A stretch of 63,072 nt of DNA, the filler included, from Intoshia linei (lineage: Eukaryota > Animalia > Orthonectida), in the NCBI GenBank assembly GCA_001642005.1. It is 9 parts of 9 records of this genome, joined end to end, with 100 filler letters (N's around TTAATTAATTAA, not from the genome) between each part and the next. Parts side by side here need not be neighbours in the genome. Positions count along the whole stretch, not along the records: positions 1 to 16,510 come from LWCA01000862.1; positions 16,611 to 34,917 come from LWCA01000781.1; 7 more parts are not named here. One strand, given 5' to 3'. The notes under the pieces are model-generated. The model ran no database searches and had not been told where the DNA came from. It worked only from the letters and a program-made list of their open reading frames with translations. Each line of letters begins with the position of its first letter. Positions within the stretch are counted from its first letter, which is position 1. A program made the position numbers and the translations under genes. Of the stretch, positions 15,301 to 26,344 are shown piece by piece.

Positions 15301-15902
15301 AAATTAACCAAATTTAATAACTCCTATTTAATTGATTAATGTTTTTAATGTTTACATAATATCTTGGAACGCAGTGTATATTAGTTATTTCACCAACCCG
15401 AAGGGTGACTTCTCAAGATTTAAAATAGCTCTAAATTGGAGTTTTCCCAAAAACACGTATCTAAATTTTGCACAAAGGGACTGAACGTGTTTATCCGATC
15501 CTACACGCTATCACTAATCGGAAAACTATTATTATCCTATTAATTAAAATTTTTGTCAATTTTCTTAGTCTAATGAAAACCTGTTGAAATCTGTGTTTTT
15601 TTTCCCATTTTATGCATACTCAGTTAAATATATTAAAAATATTACATTGTTTGAAGTGATTTTGGAAGTGCATCATTATCAATGCCTACCAATCGATTTG
15701 AGGACAAATTTCTACAAATATTAATATTTGATAATTAAAATTGAGACAAAATTACAGTTCTTTCAATGTTATTAATTTTTTGAAATCATCTTGATTTACA
15801 TGTGTTATTGTGTTACCGGCCAAATTAAGATTTATCAATTTTTTTAAATCAGAATATATAAATACTTTTGGAATCAAAGTCAGCTTATTATATTCGAGTT
15901 TT
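358..15902 (-). CDS. Giant multi-exon extracellular matrix protein of the thrombospondin superfamily (mega-thrombospondin-like): LRRs - FN3 - fibro-slime/PA14 - cadherin - F5/8C - EGF - TSP type-3; incomplete at both ends
   Basis: LRR exons at 15756-15902, 15646-15711 ([16 protein letters not shown]), 13206-13300, ~11960-12096 and ~10940-11920. FN3-like 10385-10830. PA14-like 8310-9460. Cadherin-like ~5000-5400 (QDSNDNCP). F5/8C ~4300-4820 ([16 protein letters not shown]; WVTKFKIAY). EGF/Ca-EGF 1880-4045 (CNDINEC). TSP3 repeats 358-975 ([27 protein letters not shown]). GT-AG boundaries are frame-compatible where checked. Confidence 0.85.
1130..1830. repeat. Copy of the modular AT-rich foldback-like repeat family
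   Basis: Shares modules (AGAATTTAAAAA..CAATTTCTAAT..TTTTTCGC; AAAAAAGGGTAATTTGGGGTTTTTG; AATGCGTAGAT..TGGGGTTGAAATTTTG) with copies at 6945, 9520, 13560, 29488 and 41112. Confidence 0.7.
5670..6041. mobile_element. hAT-type MITE
   Basis: TIR TAGGGGTGTGAA...TTCACACCCCTA with a perfect 8-bp target-site duplication CTATTCAT (5662-5669 and 6042-6049). Confidence 0.9.
6945..7880. repeat. Copy of the foldback-like repeat family with inverted ends
   Basis: Left end ATATATAATTGAATGTTTATGTGTGTGTCAC; right end GTTACAGACAGACATACATT...ACTATATAA in inverted orientation; shared internal modules. Confidence 0.7.
9520..10350. repeat. Copy of the foldback-like repeat family
   Basis: The CAAATTACCCTTTTTT module occurs forward (~9747) and inverted (~10190-10210); also carries the ACACACAAAATT..CAAAGTGA.GCCTT module. 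Confidence 0.65.
13560..14030. repeat. Partial copy of the foldback-like repeat family
   Basis: TGACCGTGAAGGCGTCACTTTGTC..TTGAAAATTTTTGTGTGT is the reverse complement of the module at ~7335-7380. Confidence 0.6.
14398..15376 (+). mobile_element. Internally deleted Tc1-like element in a thrombospondin intron
   Basis: TIRs ACTGCGTTCCAAG.TATTATG / CATAATATCTTGGAACGCAGTG followed by TA. Decayed transposase motifs [17 protein letters not shown] and [10 protein letters not shown]. Confidence 0.85.
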
Positions 15903-16510
15903 CTAAATTTAACAATATTAACATATGAACCAGCGCTTCTCAAGTGAGGTCACTGGGCCTTGAAATTATAAGTCCGGTAGATTATTTTAATGTAATAATA
16001 TATTTAATTCATTATACATTATGTATTTACTTTGATAGTTACGTCTATTTATTGATTTCTATTACTTTAAAATTATTATACATATTATAAAAAAAAAATT
16101 AATAATGTGAACATCTCTAGTCAGTTCAATAATTCACGATTTTTCAGATATCCATTGTTGGTGAAGCTTAACTTTCACTATACAGTATTGGCCATATAAT
16201 TATAATAATTCATAAAAAATTGTAAATATGGTTATATTTTTTGTTATTTTAACATTAGATTATAATATAAAGCATATATAGAAAGCTGAATTTTCATTCA
16301 TTTAGAAAATGCATTGTTAAGCATTAAAACATTAATCCAACACATAATTAATTCTAATTCAAATCAGCATCCAAAATATTGCGTATTTAGATTAACACTA
16401 TAGAGAGACGAAAATATCAACTTCTCTTTGTTATTCACGTAATCGGTGCTAATATCGTTTTAATATAAATCCTATCATTGTTATAGTTCTGCACGTTTAT
16501 TTTTATTTTT

Positions 16511-16610
16511 NNNNNNNNNNNNNNNNNNNNNNNNNNNNNNNNNNNNNNNNNNNNTTAATTAATTAANNNNNNNNNNNNNNNNNNNNNNNNNNNNNNNNNN
16601 NNNNNNNNNN
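16511..16610. other. Artificial 100-bp assembly spacer; also at 34918-35017, 39665-39764, 46960-47059, 48139-48238, 55301-55400, 58508-58607 and 61563-61662
   Basis: Identical N-TTAATTAATTAA-N structure eight times; the core gives stop codons in all six frames. Confidence 0.97.
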
Positions 16611-17403
16611 GAATTTGCTAGCATCAGCTATTTACAATCAAGTTGATGAAATAACTTTAGCCAATTGTTCTCCTCGTTTTATTAAAACTGTTGGTGATAT
16701 TCACAAAATTCCAATATCTATGCTAGTGACTCCAATTTCTAAAGTATTGATAGATGTACTTCAAGCTACTGAAATTTTGACCAAACCAGCTGAAACATAA
16801 ACCCAAAATGGATAATTACATTAAAGCTGTGAATATTGCGAAAAGTTTCAATGTAGTCAACGACTGTGAAGAGCGTGGTGTCAAACTAATTGATGATTTT
16901 AATACTTTATTAACAAAAGATGAAAACCAGGAACAATATTTACTGAAATTTGTTGCAGCTCACCGCAAAGATCTTCCAAGGCCAAATAAAAATTGCTTGA
17001 AGTGAATTTCTGTGTTAAATTAAAGTTGCTAGTGTTGGATACATTTTCTTACAGTCATTTATTTATTATAAATTCATCACTGTATGAAAATGTTAATTAC
17101 TTCATTAATAAATTTTTTTAGGCTTAAAAATGTTTACAATATTCACAAGTCATGTGATCAAATTACAATTTGAAAAAAATTTCCCCATATATGGACTATT
17201 ACATTAGAAAATTCAGAGTAATTGATGAAAGTTTAATCAAAAATTATTATTAAAAAAATTTACTATACCTCTCAACTTAATCAAATTTAGGAAAGCTGAA
17301 GATGACATCCAAAAAAAATTCTGGTGATATCTAATACATAATCGAACCATATAAGCAACAATCCTAAGAAATTTTAGACAATAGTGATTTTTTGGCCACC
17401 CTA
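16611..17403 (+). mobile_element. 3' part of a decayed hAT-superfamily (hATm-like) transposon
   Basis: ORF 16808-17005 contains VVNDCEERGVKLI, resembling a transposase C-terminal motif. Terminus TTTTTGGCCACCCTA (TAGGGTGG-type TIR). Confidence 0.6.
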
Positions 17404-17662
17404 ATATTATATAAGTTAGGATTCTTAACATTTTAGTGGTTAATATTGGTTTTTGTAAGAAAAATCGCAATTTTTATTCGATTTTATTTATTTGAATTTA
17501 TTTATTTTTTGTTATGTGACACTACGAATCGCAATGACATTTTTATTGCTTATTTTACATTTTCGGGTGGCCTCGAGTTTGGTAGATTCGTTCATTAGTT
17601 CTCTCGTAGAGATTATGGTATTGATTCTACTATATTATAGTATATTAAAATTTTACGTTTAG

Positions 17663-19387
17663 ATAAAATGGTTGCCGTACAATCTTGTGTAAAGATTATT
17701 TAATTTATTTTTAATTTATTTAGGGTAAAGTTGGTTTTAGGAATGCAAAAAAACAATCCAAATTAGCTTCGCAAACGGCTGGGTTCGCTATGGGAAAGGT
17801 TTTACTTATTTAATAACTTGACTGTCATGTACTTGTTACAAACAACAGTTAGCTCTACCGAGGGCCGATTTTTTAATTAATTAGAGACAATGAATGTATA
17901 ATCTTAAAAACATTCCAATTATGATAATAACTAGGGCAGTTTTTTATGGCAAAATGCCATTTTTTATATGATAATCAGAACGAAATTACAAGCATCATAA
18001 TATCAATATTATGTTTATTAATTAGCTAATTAACAATTTATAAAGTCAATAAATGGCATAAAGTAAGGTTTTTTTTAAATGCCATAAAGTCAATATTTTT
18101 TTAAAAGGATATTCGATTAAAAAAATGATATTTATGATATAATGAACAATAAAATTCAACAAATACCACCTTATTTATACAATTTATTAAGAAAATCGCC
18201 ATATACCACAAATAGTGTTGAACGGAGTTTCAGTTTGTTAAAAAAATTTCTAACTAAAGTTTAGTTAATTTTTACCAGATAATGTTAAGAAATATATTAT
18301 GTTATGTACTACCATAAACATTAATAATTTTCAACATCTCTAACATCACACAATGAGATTTACATATTTTTGCAGTTCCTTGTATAATACTATACAAATA
18401 TTGCAAAGCATATTATATAAATAAGGATGTGTAAGTAATCTGTTGATTTTTCGAGTCTTTTCTTTTTTTATTAGGCATAATTAAGGAAATTTTTAATGTT
18501 TCAATTTTGTGTGTTTTAATAAAAAGATGGTGTCATACATTTTGTTTAATTAGATTTTAAAATTAAAAAAATTAGCTCCACTAAATTATTTTAAATTAAC
18601 TAATTTTATCGTAATGGTGTAAGTTTTGCACAATATAAATTGAATTAAAAAAAATTTAGAGAACTGCTCAATGTGGATTTAATAATGTAAAAGTGATTGT
18701 TCGTGGTATTGGTGGTGGAAGACTGGTAAAATTTCTGTAAAACTTGATATTATAGAAAAATAATGTCAGTTTACCTGTCAGGGCTAGAACTTGTGAGAGG
18801 GGTTGGGTTCGATTAAACTGGTCTACTATTTAATGTTTTATAAACAATTCTAATTTTTATTCTTATATCATTGTTCAGTGAACAATGTATATTGTACAAT
18901 TTTCATCTAGCTTGTGTCTACAGTAGTACGAGTAAATTGTTTAATTAATAATCAACTGTAGTCGTTAACCCTTTCACTGTCTAATACTATTTTATGATGT
19001 ATCACCTATCACCACACGTCTGGAATTTATGTTTTAATTTAAACTTGTATTATTTTTAAATAATTACCTATGTGAAAATGTATGAAAATAAAAGAATAAA
19101 GTTTTTCAAAATTATGATGTGTATAGTATAGAATACACAGACAGTGAAAGAGTTAAATGACTTAATTTTTCTAAAGTTTAATAAAATTTATAACCGTAAA
19201 AGGCCCATTTAAAAGTGATGATTTGATATATATTCTTGATTTAATTATTATTTAAATAACTTAATATATAAAATAGTCATCGATAACGGGATTGTCACTA
19301 TCCGGAATCAATATTATTAGCATTACTGATGGAACCAGAAACCCAACATACAATGGATCAAGATCAAAATGTAAAAGACGTGTTTAA
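17663..19387 (+). CDS. MRPS11: Mitochondrial ribosomal protein uS11m; 5' exons not found
   Basis: Exons 17663-17688, 17724-17798, 18660-18725 and 19277-19387 splice to DKMVAVQSC-GKVGFRNAKKQSKLASQTAGFAMGK-RTAQCGFNNVKVIVRGIGGGRL-SSITGLSLSGINIISITDGTRNPTYNGSRSKCKRRV*, matching uS11 motifs. Confidence 0.88.
17932..18330 (+). mobile_element. hAT transposase C-terminal remnant in an MRPS11 intron
   Basis: LRKSPYTTNSVERSFSLLKKFL at ~18187-18255 (ERxFS motif); begins TAGGGCAG. Confidence 0.5.
18969..19152. mobile_element. TTAA-flanked (piggyBac-type) MITE in an MRPS11 intron
   Basis: TTAA-CCCTTTCACTGTCT ... AGACAGTGAAAGAG-TTAA. Confidence 0.75.
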
Positions 19388-20025
19388 TTATTCGCAATAA
19401 AATGCATAAACATTTAAAGTTGCAAAAAAATTTTTTCTTTCTATTGTAATTGTCATCATATTGTCGTACAGATCATTCAACAAACACCTAGTTGAAATGT
19501 CCATTTGTTGCTGCAATTTTTCACCTATAGTGCAAAATGTTATAATTTTGTATCTGTGTATCATAATTTTTTTTGAAATTTCTTTGGCTTTCTATAAATT
19601 TATTAAATATATAAATTAAAACTTGAAAAATACATTAATTAATGGGAATTAAACGATTTACATCTGCTATAGTTTTAGACAATTTAGCAATGACTACTGG
19701 CTTGTATATGCAATTTGAAAGTTTAATTTTCATTAAATTTAATAACTGAGTATAAATGTCTTGAATCGGAAATTTTTTCATTGGTTCAAGTCGGTATGTA
19801 TTGTTTACTACTGAATTTTTCATTACATTGCTCTTTGGGTCATCAAAATGAGTGCAATTTGTAATTATACTAAAAAATTAACAATAATTTTTAATGTCAA
19901 TAAAGTGTTAAAGTACACTACCCATTCTGGTCTTTTTTTGCTGATTTTTCTTTTTTGTTAGACATGACTACATTTCCTTTTAAATTTTGATAAGCTCTAG
20001 CTTTTGCATTCCCTTTAACCGTCAT
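19388..20025 (-). CDS. Tctex1-domain dynein light chain (TCTEX1D/DYNLT-like), 3 coding exons
   Basis: Exons 19922-20025, 19662-19869 and 19388-19591: NNTYRLEPMKKF ... HRYKIITFCTIGEKLQQQMDISTRCLLNDLYDN ... FATLNVYAFYCE*. Confidence 0.85.
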
Positions 20026-20433
20026 TTTAATGATTTTATATTACTACACAAACTTATTCTATATATCTTGTATTCAATGTCTAGCAATCATAAATAGATA
20101 ATTCCGATTTTCCCAGTTAAACAATGCTTCAATGTTAAATGACTCATCACAGAAACCGTGTAATTAGTTACCTGAACTTTTAATAAATTAGTAGTGATTC
20201 ATGCACAACAAATTATTTCAAATTTATTTAGATTTGTTCAACTTGAAAAAAATAAAAAATTTAAATGGAATAATGCTGTGTACCAAAATACAAAAGTGGG
20301 CTCAGTAGTGTTGAAAAATAATAATATGAATTATTATTCATTTGAATACACCAATAAAGTTTAATTATAATACCATGCGGTAACTAAATACATTTTTGAA
20401 AATAAAAATAAGTTTATTTCTTGCACGTGAAAA

Positions 20434-21330
20434 ATGGTAATTATATTTTTGGCTAGTTAAATCAATTAATATGCTACAATTTACAAATTAATTTTCATTT
20501 ACTAGTCTGAAAATCAAGTAACTATTAGAACTCGCCACTACATGACAAACCGACTAATGTGTCGAAAACAGATGGTAATATTTTTAAAAATGGATGAGTT
20601 ACTTAGATTTTGAGTAAACCTTGAATTTCAAATTATTTTGATAATTTAGTGTTGGATATATTAATATAATGTAAAGTTATGAAATTTTCCATTTGTGGTT
20701 TGATTTCACTAATATTAATTTTTTAGCTATTGATTTATAGTATTTCTTACTATTTAATTTATAATATTACATATTTGGTTTAATTTGTTAATCAATATTT
20801 CCTCTTTTTAAGAGTTTCAATTTAAATTTTTAATAATTTTGTAAAGTGCCTTTTACCAAGTGTGTGGGATGGTTTACTTTTTTAGTTGCACCATGTATTT
20901 ACAATTTTAATTGATAATAATAGATTATTGATGTTCTGCACCCAAATATATGTGTACCAAGTAGAGAATATATCAAGAAATGGATGTCTGCTCGGTTCAA
21001 AACTGCTGCTGATTTGATTGCGTTGTATGGTATGCAAACAAAATTCGGTGGAGGTCGTTCAGTTGGATATGCCTTGGTTTATGATAATATGGATATGATG
21101 AAAAAATTGGAACCTAGACATCGATTAGTCAAAGTAATTTTTTTTTAAGTAATTTTCCATTTGTATGCTTTATTTTAGGCTGGACTTGTAGAAAAGATTA
21201 AGAAAGCTACTAATCGACAAACTGTTAAAAAAGATAAAAATAGAAGAAAGAAGGTTAGAGGAATAAAGAAATGTAAAATTGGAGCAAAGGTTTATTTATT
21301 TAAAATTTTTTTATTTTTATTTAGAAATAA
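20434..21330 (+). CDS. RPS24: 40S ribosomal protein S24 (eS24), 5 coding exons
   Basis: ATG|SENQVTIRTRHYMTNRLMCRKQM|IIDVLHP...TKFGGGRSVGYALVYD...EPRHRLVK|AGL...KNRRKKVRGIKK...|K*. Confidence 0.95.
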
Positions 21331-21974
21331 AACGAAATGCATATTATTGAAAATTTAATTTATAATTAAATTGTTTATATTAATTTTTTTTATTTTTTAA
21401 TTGTAAAATTGATGTTCAGCGTAGTTGTCTTTTTCTGCCTCACTAATTTTTATTATTTTAAGTTGCATCAAAAATAATGTTAATTTCTCAAATCTATTCG
21501 ATTAAGTTTAGATGTATTCAAGTGTACTGTAATACAGTACTCACCAGAGTGGATTATGAACCTGAAATTTATATAAACTGACTGGAACATGCGAGAACGT
21601 AACCGGCACAAATATCCTTGAAATAAGAATGAGGATAATTTTTTAAGTGGTTCAATCGTAATTTAGGAATTTTTAGTTAACTAACCATGTTTCAAAAATT
21701 CACATGATAGATGTCTAAAGATTGGGCCGCATGCTGTGTTTATTTGATGATGAAGTGCGGTCCTTCCAAAAAAAAGTTGATCACTGATTTACATCTTTAT
21801 CAAAATGAAGGCATTTTATAACTGATAGATATGATTACTGAGTCAGTCCGTTAACTGACACTAAAAATTACATAAATGAATAAATCTGATGAATTCATGT
21901 GGCGTATCACAACAATAAAATCTGTAAAACGTAACCCAAAATTACACTTAATTTTAATGTTTAAATATATTAGT

Positions 21975-24900
21975 CTATATTTTAGGTAATTTTGGTGCTT
22001 CAACATGTGGGTTATTTTTTTTAATTATTTCTTTTCCTTGAGTTTTGTAATCGTATGTACATTTATGCATTTCTGGGTATCTGTGTTGAGCACAAAACCA
22101 CAAATTGCATCTAAATAAAAAATTAAGTTTTAGCAAACAATAAATATATAACCAAATATTTATAGTATCGAACCAGCCTAATTTACCAAGAAGAAACCTT
22201 TAAATCTATATTTTCATGTATACTTTTTAATGTATTCAGACAATTTAAAAATTAACTAACAAGTAATTACAACAAACGTGTTTTCTATTATTAAATCATC
22301 AATGTAATTCATTGAATTATTGATATGTGAATGATTATAACTAGAACAGTACCCCATTATAAATAACTAACAAGTTTTCATAGATTTACGAATAAAAGTG
22401 GTAAAATATTTCAAAAATTAACGTTAGGAAAACTTATCACAATTAACATAGATATACAGAAATAAATCAATTCAAAATTACTAAAAATAACAGTATGCGA
22501 CAGAATTTAAGACGATATCAATATTAATTTAACTGACTAATAACTATTATAAAAAATTAACAAGCACTTTTTATAAAAATATTTTATCACAATGAGTTTT
22601 CCAATCTAATTGTTACAAACTTGTTATATACTTCATATGCAATAGTTGGAAAATATAGAAATGCTAATAAATTTCAAATGTTAGCACACGCATAGTGTTA
22701 ATATGCTGGAACAGGGTATCGTACAACTTTTTTAAATTTTTAAACCTAACTGGGCAACGAGGATCACCTTTTTACTAAATTTATTTATTATTCATAACTT
22801 TTTTGTAAACTAAAATTATTTTTACATACATAATACTTGACCAATTTTCAATTTTGTTACTTCATGACATATTATCATCATTCATACATATTCTCTAAAT
22901 ATGTTGAAAAACTTGACCATACAAATTACTTTTTATGTTTATGTAAAATTTTTAACATTTAATTTTTTATTTTCGCCTTAGTGTCTAAGCCAGGGTGCAC
23001 AACGTGCAGCCGTACGGCTGCATGCGGCCGCGGGCAATACATCTGCTCATAATGCAATATATCATTTTACTACAAATTAAAAAGTTAAAATGAGATTTTA
23101 TTCAAAGTTTATTTAAAATATTTTAATCAAAAAGTTACATTCTTAACTTTGCCCCAGTTTCTCAAATGTTAGCGAAGGACTCACAAAATCAAGGGAGTCA
23201 CTGATATCTTTTTTATGTCATTATTAATATTTACATATTTTTATGTTTTCCACTCTAATGTACCAACAAATCGGTTTTTAATGGAACTTTTTTCTGTTGT
23301 CCAATTATTATTAATTATTTACCGAAAAATTAATGATTAATGTTTTTTAAAAAAAATATAAAGTAAATATATAATAATTTAATGTACATTATAGTCAACT
23401 CTACTAGATTTTAATAGTATGTAAATTAGAGAAAACGAAAACTTGTATAAAAAAATTGGCACGATTCCAAAAAAATTTAATTAAAAACTATAATAAATAA
23501 AACTAAATTACCTGCAATCGTATTTAACAGTAAACCCCAACTTTCTACGACAAACACTACACCGATCCAATTTTGTATGTTTAGTTTTAGAAATAATAGG
23601 TAAAGCGTAATCCTTTTTATTCATGGTTGTGCTCAAACAATTTTCAACAGTATCACTTGATTTACGACTAGTAGATACTTGTGAGTCAATACGTGGTTTA
23701 TATTCATTTAATGATAAGAGTTTAGAATAATTATTATCCAATTGGTGTCTAGACTGTTTTAAAAAGGTAACAGGTTGGTTTTTTAAACTGTTGGAAGGTA
23801 ATGAATAGTTCCTAACGGTGCGGTTAATTTTTTTGTAATTTTCTACAAGAGAATTATTGCTCAATTTAATTGAAGTTTCAGGACTACACTGAGTAAAATT
23901 TGTAACAGGATTAGACACTGTCAATCTCCTTGGTACACCAAAACCCAAAACTGGGTTAATACTAGTGAATGGTAATTTTGAATTTAAATCTTCCTTCTCA
24001 CCTTGGTGGTAGACATTTGAAATTGATTTTTTGTAATTATTTTCGATCGATTTGACGCGTTTATAATTTGTGTCAGAAATGTCTGGTACTTTTATTAAAG
24101 TTTCTTTTTGGTTAACATAGAAAGGTGAAATTAGGGGTTTTTGAACTGAGCATTTAACATTGTTACCATTAATTATACGTGGTTTGACAATGTTGAAAGA
24201 AATGTCCATTTCGTGATGAACAACGTTGTACACGCTGGGTTCTCTAACAGAAGAAATGTTTGCAATTTCAGTTGATAGGTTAGAAATTGTTTCTTTGCAC
24301 ATTTCGCTGCAACTATTAGTAGGAATTGAATGCATTATTTTGGCATTGTGTTTAATTTTGTCTTTTAAAACCATTAAATCGTCTTTTTTAGATAGTTTTT
24401 CAAATTCTGAGTAACTGGTATCTTGTAGTGTGGTGTTGGATTCATCATAGTAGGACGGTCCTAATGACTCTAATTTTTCCAGTGATATTAAAGGCTCCAA
24501 AGGTTTCAAACTTTCCAAGGTTTTCTATAAATCATAATACAAGCAAGTCAAAATTTATCTAATTTAATTTTAATTACTTTTTTTCTATTTCCAATAGTTT
24601 TGATAAGATTACTCATTTTTGATTTCAAAACTTTGTCAGCATTGATCTGTTCGGAAGAAACACTAAAAAAATATGAAAACCGTCAACTGGACTAACCTGG
24701 AACAGCTTGAATGCGAATCAAAAATTTTAATGTGTTCATCAAATTGCTCGTCCATTATTCTATAATAGTTGATATTATCACCTTCTCGGAAGAGAACTAG
24801 GGCAAATGGTGACGCTTCATTGCTCTTCATAGTATTACTACGGGTAACAATATTTGATGCAGCAGAATCAAGCCTTTCATCGTTTTTTTTTGTAGAATCA

Positions 24901-25363
24901 TTTGAACATTTTTCAGCCCTATCCAAAGTATTTTCCAAAATATCCATGATATCCACATACGAACCGCGCAGGATGTCTGTAATGGTGGAAATTAATCAAA
25001 AACATTAAATCTATACCTCGAGTATTTGTTGCAGTGATGGGTCCACCCTTAAGAGTCGTAATCATTTTAATTGTAGCTCCGTCGTGTAATCCATAATCAA
25101 TAAGATGTTTACCATTCTGCATTTCTTCAGAATTCCAAATAAGATTAATATATGATATTGGAATTTCTAAAATTAACAAATTACACAAAATTAGAAAAGG
25201 AAAGTTTACAACACTTCATTTCATTTTAAATTTTAAAAACAAACAAACAATTATCAATACCTTTGAGTTGCTGAATTTGAGTCTTTAAAGACAAAACTGT
25301 TTCAAAAGGTGAAACTCTTAATTGAAACGTCTTCCCAACTATCGTTTCAATCTTTATTTCCAT
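21975..25363 (-). CDS. ZFAND4: AN1-type zinc finger protein with N-terminal ubiquitin-like domain (ANUBL1)
   Basis: UBL MEIKIETIVGKTFQLRVSPFETV...LKGGP; long low-complexity middle; AN1 finger RCSVCRRKLG...CR|CNLWFCAQHRYPEMHKCTYDYK...PKLPKI* (last exon 21975-22110). Confidence 0.92.
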
Positions 25364-26344
25364 CGTTTCGGTTGAATGTGTTAATTTATTTCTCAAATTA
25401 AATAAAAATAAACTCAAAATTGCAAAGCTAGACTGTTTTTATATTTGTTGTCTTAGCTAGAATTCGCGTTCTATGAATTTATTCTCGTATTCACTTGAAT
25501 TAGTGAATGTTTTTAGTATCTTGGAAACTTTTTCAATTCAAAATTTCGCAGTTTTGATAAATTTGAAATCAGATATATTTATTGGATTATGTAGTCAAAT
25601 GTTTGTCCATTTTTAAGATATATATATTTTGTGAGTTTAAATTTAGTTTATATTATGATAAAATGTTATATTTAGATAATTGGGTTATACTATCAAATAA
25701 TTGTGTCGATATTTGTTCCATTTTTTTATTTGGATTATATTCTATTTTTCATATCCCACTTATTAATTTGTAAGTCTTAATATAAATGATTTAGTTAAGG
25801 CTTGTATATTTTATACACGTACATTTGTTTGCACGTTTACTTTTACTTGATATATTTAAAGTTTAATATTCAATGAAATTAATGAATATTTTTCGATATT
25901 TATGTGGAACTTTTTAAGTTGATATTGATAGTTTAAATTTTATTAAATTTAAATTAGGTTTTGATATATTTTCTAAAGTGTAAAAGTGAGGTTAATGAAT
26001 TTTACTTGTTTGTTGTGTTCAATTTTTATTTTTTATTAAAATTTCAATAGCTAATTACCATATAAATAGATAAAGTTGCCAAATTTTTTCATTTTTTGGA
26101 TTAATCTCAAATGCTGGTCTGCGAAGTATTTGAAAAAATAGAAAAGGAAAGTACAATGTCAAGATAAATGTAATGCAATACAAATGTATTTGTCGATTCT
26201 ATTTAATTTAAAATACATAATATTAAAATTCACTTTAGTTTTAAACAATGTTTAATAAACATAATAATTTTGCTTTATACTGTTTCTATGTAAAAAAAGT
26301 ACATAATATAAGACTTATACTTATAATAAGTACATAATAAGTAG

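Noticed and set aside
16555-16566. Recurring TTAATTAATTAA motif as a biological repeat or CRISPR-like array
   Set aside because: Always centred in exactly 100 bp of N padding; it is an artificial six-frame-stop linker.
21712-21735. Resemblance of GTCTAAAGATTGGGCCGCATGC to the 5' region of 18S rRNA
   Set aside because: Short, mismatched and does not extend; no rRNA gene here.
24226-25008. Plus-strand ORFs here, and antisense ORFs at 40087, 43160, 47327, 54442 and 55886
   Set aside because: Shadow frames opposite real exons or transposase sequence, with no independent motifs.
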